Under the pieces are notes generated by a model. It did not search any database. It was not told the origin of the DNA and saw only the letters and a program-made list of their open reading frames with translations. A DNA stretch of 64,000 bases from Octopus bimaculoides (lineage: Eukaryota), in assembly GCF_001194135.2 (NCBI RefSeq), contig NC_068982.1, positions 46,660,202 through 46,724,201 on the forward strand, given 5' to 3'. Position numbers and translations under genes: made by a program. Below, in pieces: positions 37,980 to 52,335 of the stretch (positions within the stretch are counted from its first letter, which is position 1; the number at the start of each line of letters is the position of its first letter).

Positions 37980-38264
37980 CTAAAAGAAAGACAACCTCAT
38001 TTAGTCCATAGCCCAATCTAAAATCTATCAAAGTGAATTTATATTGTTATGGTCTATTAAAAAAATCTGCTTTCCATAGTCATAGAGTTATCTGAACTTT
38101 TCAAGTTTATTAAATTGCATTTACACAAAGTAAGACCTTTGTTCTCTTATGCATGTGTATGTATGAAAATATGTATGATGTATGCATACACACACACATG
38201 CATACACAAACATACATATACACACACACATACATACATACATAAATAAATACATAGATATATA

Positions 38265-38480
38265 TGATGGGGGTGCTGAAAAGTTCCTGGCTTTGGGTAA
38301 AAGAAAATACAGGAGGATTGGTTAATTTTGATTTTATGTAGTACATCCTCTCTCAGATTCACACACTTATTGCAGTGGTCTTTCAATTTTTCTAAGTCCT
38401 GTAAAAGAACTTGGAAGGTTGGGCATCTAAACAGGCCTTCCATGATACCCTTAAAGCCAGGAACTTTGTAGCACTCCCTT
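38265..38480 (-). mobile_element. Mariner-derived MITE, about 215 bp
   Basis: TIRs GGGGTGCTGAAAAGTTCCTGGCT / AGCCAGGAACTTT.TAGCAC, flanked by TA. The interior encodes the transposase C-terminus (LEKLKDHCNKCVNLR). Confidence 0.8.
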
Positions 38481-38791
38481 ATTCATTCTAAATAAAGAGT
38501 AAAAAGTGTGAAGCACAGACACATGTATACTAAAATGAAACACATATCCACCACACATATACAAGTTATCCATGAACACAAAACATCCATATATACATAC
38601 ATCAACTGATTCAGATGACCACGAACACCCAACACTTGTCTTAACTGAAAAAGAAAAAGAGCTTTACCACTTGGTTAGTGGCCAGCTTCAATACACCGAA
38701 AAGGAAAAAAAGAAACATGAATAAATCCTAAAGATTTTCTTTAAAGCACATACACATACATACATAAATACATATATGCATACGTATATAC

Positions 38792-38837
<46 letters not shown>

Positions 38838-39734
38838 AAGACACACATGTATATAAACACTTATATGAAGAGGTGCATGAGCAAGTATGTGTGTGTGTGT
38901 GACGGTGTGTGAGGTGTATTGTAATGTATATTTTCTGTAAGAGTATTATGTACCTGCATAGTTATCTCATCTGGTTATTTCAGTAAAGAATGGATACAAC
39001 AGCAACTTTCTATTGAGTTTACACACAATATCACACAATATCACTGCTCACTCTCCAGTGTAAAATTATCTTCCAATAAAACATCCAGTCATACCTATTT
39101 GGAAAGGATATGTTCAATATCAAGGAGTTTCAGCTTTAACATAGATAATGACATCAGGAATACAATTCAGTGCCATTTTTGTGGTATTCTGTTCTATAAT
39201 TGGTTGTTATATCCACAGTAACAACACATCTCTTCCAGTTTACAATGTAACTATTTGCTATATTACTTGCAATGTCAACACAATAATGAGATAGCTAGAA
39301 GGCAACATGAGAGTACAAGGCAAGGTAAGTTGTTCAATCTACCATTACAACAACTAAATCTTTCGTCAATCATATTAAACACTGGCACCTAATGTCTCCT
39401 TCCTAAACTCCTAGGTCACCATGGACACCTTGAATAACAGAATCACAGACAGAAAGATAATTCTAAGAAAAAAGTTGTTTCCATTTAATGCCCAGTGGTA
39501 GAATAACAGCTTAGAAGGAATAATTGAGAAAGTGGTTTGTAGCTTATAATTCTTAACGAAAATCCTGTTTAAGGCACAGATATGGCTGTGTGGTAAGAAG
39601 TTTGCTTCCTAACCCCATGGTGCCAAGCTCAGTCCCATAGCATGCCATTTTGGGCATGTGTCTTCTACTATATCCCTGGGCCAACCAAAGCCTTGTGAGT
39701 GGATTTGGTAGATGGAAACTGAAAAAAGCCCACC

Positions 39735-39781
<47 letters not shown>

Positions 39782-39789
39782 AGTTGCTA

Positions 39790-40200
39790 TAGGCACAGGA
39801 GTGGCTGTGTGGTAAGTAGCTTGCTTACCAACAACATGGTTCCAGGTTCAGTCCCACTGTGTGACACCTTGGGCAAGTGTCTTCTACTATTGCTGTGGGC
39901 TGACCAAAGCCTTGTGATTGGATTTGGTAGATGGAAACTGAAAGAAGCCTGTCATATATATATATGCATATGTGTGTGTGTGTGTATGTTTGTGTGTCTG
40001 TGTTTGTCCCCACCATGGACACTTGACAACCAATGCTGGCATGTTTATGTCCCCGTAACTTAGCGGTTCAGCAAGACAGACCGATAGAATAAGTGCTAGG
40101 CTTACAAAGAATAAGTTCTGGGGTCAATTTGTTCGACTAAAGACAGTGCTCCAGTATGGCCGCAGTCAAATGACTGAAACAAATAAAAGAGTAAAAGAAT
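39790..40200 (+). mobile_element. SINE family A, full length, preceded by a 5' half copy at 39575-39750
   Basis: Collinear with 29475-29880. Confidence 0.8.
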
Positions 40201-41690
40201 ATGTATATATATATATATATAGGTGTTAGGAAAGGCATCCAGCTGTAGAAACCATGCGAAAACAGACAATGGAGTCTGGTACAGCTCTTAGCCTTGTCAG
40301 CTCCTGCCAAACTGTCCAATCCATGCCAACATGAAGAACGAATGTTAAATGATGATGATGATATATGTATGTGCATGTGTGTGCATGTGTTTGTGTGTGT
40401 GTGTGTGTATGTGTGTGTATGTGTGTGAATGCATGTGTATGTCTCTTTATGTTTGTGTTTGTCCTTCACCGCCATCGATACTACCACCACCTGACAATTG
40501 GAGTTGGTTTGTTTACATCCCTATAACTTAGCAGTTCGACATAAGTGATTGACAGAGTAAGAACCAGGTTTAGAAAAAGTAAAATACTATGAGCAATTTG
40601 TTTGACCAGACCCTTTCAAGGGTCTGGTCTAGACAGTCACTGGCACACTGCAACTCTTGAGTGTTTCTGTATAGAACACCTGAATGAAAAATTACCTTGA
40701 ATTTTTTTTAGTGGTGCAGCCTGCAGTTTGCTGATACAAAGTCTAAATCAAAAGTGTCCCAAAATTAACTAACCATTTTCTTTTCAAGCAGCTTGTATTT
40801 AGTATCACTTCATTCACTGTGTCTTTGTGTTTTTTTTTTTTAATAGTAAAGTGGTGTGATTTGAGTAGCATTTAGCTTTTATTTCAAACAGATTAAAGTG
40901 AATGACTACTTCTTGTGTTCAGGTGCAAGCATAATTTCCCCTGGCCTGATTTAATTTGACATGAACTGATACAATCTGGTTTCTACTGGCTGGTATCAAT
41001 AACAGGTTGAGGACTCTTCTGGGTGGACTGTTGGTCCTCCACAGAATAGTTGGATGATGGGCCTGCCATCTTGGCAGAGAGGCTGACACAGGACTACCAG
41101 TGATGGAGAGCACCAGTGGATTTGGTCAGCTTTATGCATGATGATGTCTCTTGGTCCACTAACTTGAGATGACCTCAGCCTCATCAAGCAAGAGCATGAA
41201 GTGAAGTGAACCGTGAACTGATACAAGGAACACTGCTTTTGAGTTTTGGCACAGGATCAGCAACTTCGGTGGGGGGGGGATAGGTCAATTAGATTGACCC
41301 CAGTACTCAAATGGTACTTATTTTATTGACCCTGAAAAGATGAGAAACAAAGTCGACCTTGGTGGAATTTGAACTCAAAACATAAAGATGGACAAATTGC
41401 TGCTAAGCGTTACACCCATTGTGCTAAGGATTCAACCAGCTCACCATCTTTAATACAAGTAATATTATACGGAGAACATTGGTTTGCATCTGTACATTGA
41501 AGTGTGATGTTGAGTTTGGTAACTGTAGAGATGGCGTGTGAGATTGAAGTGTAGAAAAACATCAACTTCTCACTAAGAAAATCACTTTTAAAAACTAATT
41601 ACCCCTAATCACTCCAGCATGCTCACCTGGGTGAGTGGGGGAAGTAAAGGCTAAGGAATCACACACTCAAAAAGAAACAAGCTAAAGCTT

Positions 41691-41731
<41 letters not shown>

Positions 41732-41779
41732 TACGCACACACACACACACACATATATGCACACATGCACACAAGCACA

Positions 41780-41815
<36 letters not shown>

Positions 41816-42677
41816 AGCACACACATGTACTGGTTTATGAATACCACTGTCCATGCATGTATATGTATTTGTATATGTGCATGTATGTGTATGTTTGTAT
41901 ATGTGTATGTTTGTGTGTATGTGTATATGTGTGTGTATATAGGTGTATGTGCATAGCTGTGTGTGTGCGTGTATATCTTGCATTTACCCTACAGAATTCT
42001 AAATAAGGTGTCTAATATCTTTTATCTCAGCTTATATGAAATTATCTTTGCTGTAATTATATTCTATTTTCTATTAATCTAAGTTGGATTCTTTAGAAAC
42101 AAACAAAGATAAAAAAAAAAACGAAAAGAAAAACAAAAGATTAAACTGAAAAAGGAAAAACACAAACAAACAAAGAACAAACAACAAATAATAATAAAAA
42201 AAAAAAGAAGAAAAGTTAATTAAATACATACGTAGTCGGAGAGCTAGCTCTCCGGATATGCACATTTTGAAAACTCACACCCATCATCATTCTTATCATA
42301 AAACTACAGCAACAACAACAACAACAACAACAACTAGAACGTCAACAGTCGCAACGATAACTACAACAACAACAAGAACATCAATAATCGCAAAATGACA
42401 ACCACAACAACAAATGCGATAATTACAGCAATGCCACGCCCATTCAACAATGACAACTGCTGTGAATGGTTTTGATTAATTTTCCCCAAATATCATTACA
42501 GTACAAAAAAAAAAAAAAAAAATGAAACAAAAAGATTTGTTTATCCTTATTCCCTCCCACTCCACCTCCCACCACATTCTTCAATGCTCTCTTATCATTT
42601 TGCCTTTTACAGAGGATGCTGTGACATAAATCCGTATTAGGATGTAAAGATTACCTGTTTTGTCTTGTATGTGTATA

Positions 42678-42718
<41 letters not shown>

Positions 42719-43880
42719 GCAACTATGTGTGCATGTATGGTGTGTGTGTGTGAATGTGTATGTCTGTCTGTATACACACACACACACATTCATATATGTA
42801 TGTATGTGTGTATGTATGTACATATGTTTGTATGTATGTATGCATGTGTGTACATATGTGTTTATTGTTGTTTTTACTGCTGCTTTTCAGCTCAATTTTC
42901 CTTTTTATATATTTTCTTTCCAGTTTGTCTTCTTTTATTTCATTTTGAAATTTTCTTGAGTTTTTACTGCTTTTTGCTGCTATTTTTTTTATCTCAACTT
43001 TTACGTGTTTTTTTTTTCTTTTTAATATTTTTTTCATTACTGCTTTTATTTTTTTTCTTGTATTATCATTAGTATTATTTTTTTTTCCTTCAATTAAAAA
43101 AAGAAAAACAATTCACTATTTAAAAAAAAAAAAAATTCTGCTTTTCTATTTTCTTTTGTCTTTCTTTTTTTTTTCTAGTTGTTGCTATTATTGTTGTTGT
43201 TGTTGTTGTTGTTTAATTGTTGTTTAATTCCAAAGTTTATTTTCATCTCTTTACCAAATAATTGAATAAATGAATACAGAAACATATAAATAAGCCAACA
43301 GAAAGCCCAGAACTGAGAGGCTTCTAAGCTGGAAGCCTTGTTGTTTTAGCATGGAGCATTTTTTTTTCACACGTACTTTTTCTATCTCTTTCTCTTCTTT
43401 CTCTCACACACACACACACACACAGAGCTTTCATTATTGCCTTTATCATTAGTTTTATTATTAGTATTATTTTTTTTTTCTTCACAGAGACTTAACAACT
43501 ACAGNNNNNNNNNNNNNNNNNNNNNNNNNNNNNNNNNNNNNNNNNNNNNNNNNNNNNNNNNNNNNNNNNNNNNNNNNNNNNNNNNNNNNNNNNNNNNNNN
43601 NNNNNNNNNNNNNNNNNNNNNNNNNNNNNNNNNNNNNNNNNNNNNNNNNNNNNNNNNNNNNNNNNNNNNNNNNNNNNNNNNNNNNNNNNNNNNNNNNNNN
43701 NNNNNNNNNNNNNNNNNNNNNNNNNNNNNNNNNNNNNNNNNNNNNNNNNNNNNNNNNNNNNNNNNNNNNNNNNNNNNNNNNNNNNNNNNNNNNNNNNNNN
43801 NNNNNNNNNNNNNNNNNNNNNNNNNNNNNNNNNNNNNNNNNNNNNNNNNNNNNNNNNNNNNNNNNNNNNNNNNNNNNNNN

Positions 43881-44270
43881 GGGCAGAAAGAGGGAGAGGA
43901 AGAGAAAGAAGGAGAGAGAGGGCAAAGAGAGATAGGGGAAAGAGAGAGAGGGGAAAGAGAGATAGAGGAAAGAGAGAGAGAGGAAAGAGAGAGAGAGGAA
44001 AGAGAGAGAGAGGAAAGAGAGAGAGAGGAAAGAGAGAGAGAGGAAAGAGAGAGAGGGGAAAGAGAGAGAGAGGAAAGAGAGAGAGGGAGAGAGGGAATGG
44101 GGCAGAAAATGGGAGAGAAAAAGGGAGAGAAAGGGAAGGGGTAGAAAGAGGGCGATAGAGAGAATGAGGGAAAGAGAGGGAAAGGGGAGAGAGAGAGAGG
44201 GAAAGAGGGAGAGAGAGGAAAAGGGGTAGAAAGAGGGAGTGAGAGGGAAGGAGAAAGAAAGAGAGAGAGT
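43881..44270. repeat. Polypurine tract with a 15-bp AGGAAAGAGAGAGAG period
   Basis: AGGAA recurs at 43966, 43981, 43996, 44011, 44026 and 44041. The tract is adjacent to a gap. Confidence 0.9.
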
Positions 44271-44367
44271 GATAAAAAGATGATATGGTGGCACACAAAG
44301 GTGAAAAGTGAAGAGAGGTTGGCATAAAAATAGGTGAGAGAGGTTGGTCTAAGAAAGAAAAATAGAA

Positions 44368-44398
<31 letters not shown>

Positions 44399-44781
44399 GA
44401 GAAGGAAAGGGAGAGACAGAGAAAGAGGGTGATGGAAAAATAGTGAGAAATGCTAGTGTGATTAGTTGAAAGGGAAAGAGAAGTTAATGTGAGAAAATCA
44501 AACAGATGTTTATATGAACATGTGAGAGAGAAAGATGTTATGAAACAACAAGGGAAGAGAAGCTGTTGATATGAAAAGGATTTGTTAGAGAGAGAGAGAG
44601 AGGGGAAGGAGAGAGGAAGAGAAACACAGAGACAGAGAGAGAGAGAGGAAGAGAGATTTGTAGAAAAAAAGGTGAGAGACAAAGAGGTAAGAAATGAGAA
44701 AAGATGTCACTAATTGAAAGGAAAAGGAAAAAGAAATATTGGAAGCATCAGAAAGAGTAGTATGAGATCAAAGTAATAACC

Positions 44782-44813
<32 letters not shown>

Positions 44814-45071
44814 CAACAGCAGCAGCAGAAGCAGCAACGATTCTTTGAACATGTCTCTTCCCTCAACAAAGACATCTATTTCACTTCATTCCTCTCTGAA
44901 GCCATCATTCTCGATGACTTCAGCATTCACAACTTTTCTTTAGCTCTTGCACTTCTATCACACCGATGCCGTCTGGTACAGAAGCTGAAACTTTTGCAAT
45001 CCACATCCCTCTAAAAGCGTCTTTGAACAATACACAGACACTATCTACAAATACCGCTTATCTTTTTCTTC

Positions 45072-45278
45072 TGAGGGGGTGTCATCAAAAAGTTCCTGGT
45101 TTTAAGGATATTGCAAAAAGCCTGGTTGGAGTTTTTTTACAGGGCTTAGAAAAACTGAAGGACCACTGCAATAAGTGTGTGAATCTGAGAGGAGAATATG
45201 GTGAATAAAATCATGATTAACTGATCCTCCTGTATTTTCTTTTACCCAAAGCCAGGAACTTTTCAGCATCCCTTCATA
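45072..45278 (+). mobile_element. Mariner-derived MITE (same family)
   Basis: GAGGGGGTGTCATCAAAAAGTTCCTGG ... CCAGGAACTTTTCAGCATCCCTTCA-TA; interior GLEKLKDHCNKCVNLRGEY.E*. Confidence 0.8.
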
Positions 45279-45699
45279 ACTCAAAATCCAATGTGTACTA
45301 CAAAACCATCGCCATCTCTTCACCAATTGAGTCATCTAGCCACTGTCATCATCATCATTTAAGTCGATTGTCCATGGTGGCATGAATTGGACAGTTTGAC
45401 CAGAGCTAGCAAGCTGAGTAGCTGCATCAGGCTCCTGTCTGATTTGGTATGGTTTCTGTGGTTGAATGCCCTTCTTCATTTCAAAGATGATGGAGATGGT
45501 CATTAGTAACCACTTCCTACAATATTTTCAATCCTACTCCCTATTTAATGACTACCAGTACAATACTGTGATGTCAACCACCAATGGACCCTCATCCTCT
45601 GATAATTTGGTATAAACAGCATAAGTGTTCCTGACATCAGCAAAATGTTTGCATCATGTTCTCATAAAACTCTCTGACCTACACTATCAAATCTATTGT

Positions 45700-46020
45700 T
45701 TTCCAAGGTGCAGTTTTGACCCCTACACTCCATCATCCATCATTTTGAATCCGGGTTTTGTCCCTGTTAACAGTGATGGCCAGATCTACCTCAATGCCAT
45801 AACAACCACCCTCACACCATCTCACCATCTTGCCCAGTTTTGGGTGTCCTCCCTTCTCAAGCCAACCCTCCCAATCTCCTCCTCCACCTGTCCCCTCCAC
45901 ATTTTCCTCAGTCTACCTCACCTTCACTATCCATTTACCTCAAACTCTAGCACCCTCTTCAGAACATGCTCCTCATCCCTCCTCAACACATGCCCATACC
46001 ACTGCACTCTTTTGTCTTAT
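45700..46020 (-). mobile_element. 3' fragment of the same RTE family
   Basis: Reverse complement of the 11100-11370 region (GGGCATGTGTTGAGGAGGGATGA..., GTAGATCTGGCCA..., GGGACAAAACCCGGATT). Confidence 0.75.
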
Positions 46021-46699
46021 ACATCAAGGACCTACTCACATTCATTTCATACACAGCAACACCACCCTTTAAATATTCCTAATCTTTCACACACAGGTGT
46101 CATCCACATGTAACTAGATGCCTTATGCCAAATCTGCAATGACCCCATGAAGAGAGACTTCAAAACCATTCTGCAATAGGGCACACCAATCTGGGTCTCC
46201 ATCAGCAATACAAAGAAACAACCACTATACATACATATCAGGAAAACAATACCATACATCATGTCACCTAAACAGCTTGGTTTGCAGTAAGGGATTGCTC
46301 CCATGGTGTTCACTGGCCATTCAAACACTAATATTTTTCTTGGACTTCTTTTAAAAAAAAGGCAGTGAGCTAGCAGAATTGTTAGCACACCAGAAAAAAT
46401 GCTTTGCAGGTTTGTCTGCCTTTACATTCTGAGTTTAAATTCCACTGAGGTCGAGTTTGCCTTTCATCCTTTTGGGGTCGATAAAATAAGTACCAGTTGA
46501 TTGTTAGGGTTGATGTAATCAACTTATCCCCCTGCCCCCAAATTGCTGGCCTTGTGCCAAGATTTGAAACTAATATTTCTCTTGGACAATTGCAACTTGG
46601 TGGCTGCTCACAAAACACGGACAGGGAGAAAATTTCGGAGGTATCCTTTGAAGAGGAAGGAATGGGAAAAGAGGGTTAGTGTAGAGTATGAGAGCTCAC

Positions 46700-47080
46700 T
46701 ATAAAAAACTTGACCTCACTATCACTGAGCCTCTCTCCTGATGATCTCATAAACTCAACACAGCAAAAGCTACATCTCAAAAGACTAGCTTTCCTCTTTA
46801 GGGCCAGGAAATTTCTAGCTATTACTATCCCTTTACAAAGTTCAAGCAAGACCCACAATAGAATATTGCTCCATCATCCAAGATGGTACTGTAACCATAA
46901 AGCAGACATCCTTGATCACATCCAAAAGAAGGCCAGTGAACTGCTTAGCATGAAACAACTCATCAACATACACCTGGCCTACAGAAGTGCTGTCTCTTCT
47001 TATTGCTTTTTCCACCATTGTTACAATGGTTTCAGCCCTTTAGAGCTTCCTGAGTTCCTCTTAACCCTTTTGTTACCATA
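46700..47080 (+). mobile_element. CR1/L2-like LINE RT C-terminal remnant
   Basis: Frameshifted L.KVQARPTIEYCSII...LDHIQKKASELL...LAYRSAVSSYCFFHHCYNG resembles the CR1 RP.LEYC / L..RR.V...FY region. Confidence 0.55.
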
Positions 47081-48623
47081 TTTCTATTGAAATTCATCTC
47101 TTGTATTTCAAGTAATTAAAAAATCATGAAAACACAGTAAAGTAACTTTGTCATTATAAAACTAACATTTGTAACTTAAATCTACATGAAATTTTAATGG
47201 AAAATTTTAATCTAGAGAACCTTAAAACAGAAAGTTTAGACCATAGAATCAAAGGTGGTATCAAGTAGGTTGGTATCAAACGAGTTAATTGTATTGTGCC
47301 CCATCTAATCTCCTGCATTAATCTTCCACTTTCTTTTTCAGTCCTTCTTCCCCAGAATGCCAACCTTCTGAAATTGCCTCCCTGTCTACCTTTTGTTTGT
47401 AGGCATAAAGTTGTAGCTATTTAAAAGAAACATTAGCTGTGTTAATCTCATAGATCTTGAAGGGCCCATGAATATCATGGGAACAACCCCTTTCTTCAAA
47501 TCAAGCCATTAAAAAATACCAGAAAAAAAAACTAAAAAAGAAAGAAAGAGTGGAAGAATTTGAGAGAGAGGTGGAGGAAAAGTAGAGCAGAATATAAACA
47601 AATAGAATGATGGAGAGATAGTGAATAGAGAGAATCAAAGAGAGAGAGAGACAAAGTAAAAATGGGTGTGGTGGGGTGGGGGGAAGGTATGAGAATGGAT
47701 ATAACAGACAAATATTGACAGGAGACAGAAACCAGTAAACAGAAGAATTGATGGCATGGAAATGAGAAAGAGAGAAAGCACTAAGGATAAGAGTAGGTGA
47801 ATGAGACAAAAAAGTAGTAATAAAGTGGTAGTAAAAAGAGAGAGAGAGAGACAGGCAGACAGAGATGAGAGGCGGGAATAGAATAGAAAGATGAAAAGAG
47901 GGAGAGAAAATTTAAGCTGTCGGCGGGGGGGGGGGTGAGATGAAATAAAGATAACAAAAAGAAAGGGAAATAGTATACAGGAGAATAAAAAGCAAAAGAA
48001 GAATCTTGATGAAAAATGAAAATAAAATCAAAATCATAGAAAAAGTCAATCCTAATTTGTTTGTTTTCTCATTGTCTTGTCAATATTTGCAATGGAAGAT
48101 ATATCCAAGATAATGGCTGTTTATTCATTTTGTAGCATTGCATTTCAAAGCCAATTTCGAAGGGATATTGATGAAGTGAAACAATTTATCAATAACCCTT
48201 CCTGTTCCAGTGAAAGTTTAAAAGATTACAGAAATGGAGTACTTTGCTACTCTTGTGAATCCTAAAAGCTTTCTCTCTACAAAGCTCAACTGCAGACGGT
48301 TTGGCTTCTAAAAACTACCCCCTTATTTCTCTGGTCACATTCTTGCTACAGGTGTTAACTTACAGAAGTTCGAACTGAACACCAACTTTAAGGACCTGTA
48401 AAAATTATGGTATTGCTTCTTCTCTTCTGACTAAATATTTGGCACACAAAAACATAAAAAAAAAACAGAATTCACCGTAAAGCAGTTGGTATTAGGAAGG
48501 GCATCTGGTCATAGAAAAACCATGCCAAAGCTGACTGAGATAGAGCATGAAGAAATCCTGTGGCTTACTGAATCCTATCAAACTGTCCAAACCCATGCCA
48601 GCATGGAAAATGGATATTAATCG

Positions 48624-48870
48624 ACGATGATGATGATGATGATGATGACAATGACAATGATGATGATGATGACGACGACGATGATGATGATGATGACGAT
48701 GACAATGATGATGGTGATGATGATGACGATGACAATGATGATGGTGATGATGATGACTGGTGGTGATGATGACAATGACGATGACAATGATGGTGATGAT
48801 GATGATGATGATGATGATGACGTTACTGATGATGATGACAATGATAATGACAATGATAGTGATGATGATG
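48624..48870. repeat. Imperfect (GAT/GAC/AAT)n microsatellite, the expanded tail of an RTE-tail copy
   Basis: About 80 triplets directly after GGAAAATGGATATTAATC. Confidence 0.9.
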
Positions 48871-51800
48871 GATGGATGGACCAAACTGCCTTTTCCTGCT
48901 GTGACCTCGGTGTATTCTCTAAGCATAATCTCAGAGCTCTTGTACCACCTCTACTCAAACACTCCTCAGCCACTGGCCACAACAAATTAGAAGCCATACA
49001 ATAAATTGCTTTCAATATAGTCAAGCACCCTATCCATAAAGATACAGACTGTGTACACCTCTACTCAAGCACCATAAAACCAGAACTAAGCGCTGATGTT
49101 CAAAGCCCTTCAAATCTTAAAGAACATCTGAAAGAATGACCAAATAAATAATTCCTGACTGCATCCTGGTCTGAGTCACATTCATACAAAATAACTATGA
49201 TGATATGCAAGAAGATATAACAGAAGTATGATAATCATTCGGTCAATTAAGCTTAAATCCGAAGTATCAGCTCATATGCATGTTTTCTACAAGTGGTCAC
49301 ATGACCTGGTCATGTGATGGCCGTGTCTTTCTGGCTTTATGCAGGCTATTCAACTCCATCACATGACAGACTAGTCTAACATGGGCAAATTAGGTTTGTT
49401 ATTGGAGCCCTCCATCAGCTTTAAAAAGAGGAATCTTTCCTGTTTTTCTCCAGTGAAATCAGAAAGTATGACTGAGTTTGGATCTTGGTATGGGGAGAGG
49501 AGAGTTATTCAGCAGAGAACTTTGACACACTGTTGTGTTCCATCCAGCACACATCGTCAAATACCAACTGCACGAGAAACCAATATGTATGTTTTCTGAC
49601 TGTATCATTCATGATGTACCAACCTTTTGCTGTACCTTCCATTAAGCATTTGAATAAAGTGTGGCTGTCAATTACAACTCTTGTCCTAGTATTTCTTTTC
49701 ACTGTTAAACCTGACTCATTTGGAACCAAGAAATTATGTTACTAGGGCCAGAGTTATGCTACTTCAACACCTAAAAAGTCATAACCTTGAAGTTTAAAGT
49801 TTCAATTTGGAGCCACATGGCTCCATATTTGGATTCGATCCCACCATGTAATACTTTACTTAGGCTAGTGTTTACAACTGTAGGCTTGAGTAGATTGATG
49901 GCTTACGAGTAAAATTTAGTAGACAGTAGGTGTACCATCATCACCATCATCACCATTTAACATCCTCCTTCCATGCTGGCATGGGTTGGACAGTCTGACA
50001 GGAGCTGGCCAGGCATGAGATTGCGCCATGCTTCTGTGTCTGTTTTAGCATGGTTTTTATGGTTGGATGCCCTTCCTATCACCAACCACTCTGTAGAGTG
50101 GACTGAATGCTTTTTATGAGGCACTCACACTGGCAAGGTCAGTTTTGGCAAGGTTTTTACAGCTGGACACCTTTCCAAACACCAGCCACTTTACAGTGTG
50201 GACTCGGTGCTTTTAAGTGGCACCTGCACTGGCAGTGTCATCAAGTAACTTTGCAAGACAAGGAATCTTTGGGAGGGGAGGCGGCATCGGAGTAGGTGAT
50301 CTTGTGTCAGATAACAAAATATTAGAGTGTGACAGAGAGAGAGAAACAGACACCTTGCTGTAGAGAAGGCACATGGTTACCCAACCAGAGAGAAGAGAGA
50401 GGGGGAGAGAGAGAAGAAGAGAGAGAGGAAGAGAGAGGGAGGAAGAGAGAGGGAGGAAGAGAGAGATGAAGAGAAGGAGGGAGAAAGAGAGAGGAAGAGG
50501 AGAGGGAAAAATGTGAATAGATAATACATCCATACATGTGCATGTATATATCTATATATGTGCGAAGCCACATAGTTTAGTGGTTAGAGTATTCAAACCA
50601 CAATCACAAGGTCATGAGTTCAATTCCTGATGACAGATTGTGTCCTTGAACAAGACACTTTATTTCACGTTGCTCCAGTCCACTCAGCTGGCAAAAATGA
50701 GTCATACCTGTATTTCAAAGGGCTAGCCTTGTCACACTTTATGTCACACTGAATCTCCCTGAGAACTACATTAAGGGTATGTGTGTCCATGGAGTGCTCT
50801 GTCACTTGGATGTTAATTTCATGAGCAGGCTGATCTGTTGATCGGATCAACTGGAACCCTTATTATCATAACCGACAGAATGCCAGTTTAATATATATAT
50901 AGGTATACAAGCATAACTGTGAGGTAAGAAGCTTGCTTCCCAACCACTTTGTTTTGGGTTCAATCCCACGATGTAGCATCATGGGTGAGTGTCATCTACA
51001 ATAGCTCTGGGCTAACCAAAGCCTTATCATTGGATTTAGCAGATGGAAACTGAAAGAAGCTCACTGTGTATATGTAATCTATATAACAGGTATATAAACA
51101 GGGAAAATTTAAGTATTTCTCTGTAGATTGAAAAAAAAAAATGATGAATAGACTTCATTAATTTTCGAACATTATTGGGTTCTTATCAGAGGTATCTGCA
51201 ACATCATCATTATCATCATCATGAACGTCTGCTTTCCATGCTGGCATGGGTTGGATAGTTTGACAGGAGCTAGCCAAGCAGAAGACTACACCAAACTTCT
51301 GTGTCTGTTTTGGCCTGGCTTTCACGACTGAATGCCCTTTCCAACACCAACCACCTCACAGAGTGGAGTGAGTGCTTTTTATGCAGCACTAGCACAGGCG
51401 AGGTCAGTTTTTGGCATGGTTTTTACAGCTGGATGCCCTTCCAAATACCAACTACTTCACAGTGAGGACTGGATGCTTTTTACTAAATCTCAGAGAAACA
51501 AGCAGCCAATCTGTTTATATACTCAACAAATCCAGTAGCAATAGAGAATTGTACCAAGCTCCATTGTGTTAATATTTGTTCTACATTAAGGTGGCAAGCT
51601 GGTAGAAATGTTAGCATGTTAGGTGAAATGCTTAGTGGTATTTCGTCTGTCTTTACGTTCTAAGTTCAAATTCCGCTGAGGTTGACTTTGCCTTTCATCC
51701 TTTCGGGGTCAATAAATTAAGTATCAGCTGTGTACTGGGGTCGATCTAATCAATTGGCACACCTCCCCAAAAATTGGACACCTCCCCGAAAATTGAACCT

Positions 51801-52120
51801 TGTGCCTAGTGTAGAAAAGAATATTTGTTCTACATTATTACTAGACAGCTTGTTTATGTCCTTATAACTTAACAGTTCACCAAAAAAAAAAAAAAAAAAA
51901 AAAAAGAAAAAAAGAGAGATCCATTAAAATACATGCCAAGCTTAAAAATAAGTATTGGGGTCAATTTGTTCAATGAAAACCTTTCACGGCAGTGCTCCAG
52001 CCTGACCACAGTCCAATGACTGAAACGAATAAAAGATAAAAGACAAACCAACCCAACACAACTGGACACTTCCGGAATTAAACATACAATATATGAATCA
52101 TTGCAGTTTTCTCTCTCTTT

Positions 52121-52221
52121 CCGTCCGTCCGTCCGTCCGTCCGTCCGTCTGTCCATCCGTCCATCCGTCCATCCGTCCATCCGTCCATCCGTCCATCCGT
52201 CCATCCATCCATCCATCCATC
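52121..52221. repeat. Compound (CCGT)n/(CCAT)n tetranucleotide repeat
   Basis: Grades from pure CCGT through alternating units to pure CCAT. A similar GGAT/GGAC tract lies at 9530-9585. Confidence 0.9.
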
Positions 52222-52335
52222 TGCTTTTATCAAATGTATTATAGGTCCAAAGACACTGCAAATAAAGTATCAAAACAAAAGTTTTACTTTCAACTGATAT
52301 TTCAGAAAAATAAATAAAGACATTTTGCGGTGTAC

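Noticed and set aside
43437-44682. Long E/R-rich and S/L/P/F-rich ORFs
   Set aside because: They are translations of a GA-rich simple repeat plus an N gap.
48492-49024. Poly-His, poly-Asp, poly-Met and poly-Ile ORFs
   Set aside because: They are all frames of a (GAT)n microsatellite attached to an RTE tail.
49381-49745. Overlapping short ORFs in unique-looking sequence as a nested gene
   Set aside because: No recognisable domain, no convincing splice structure, and all are under 90 aa.
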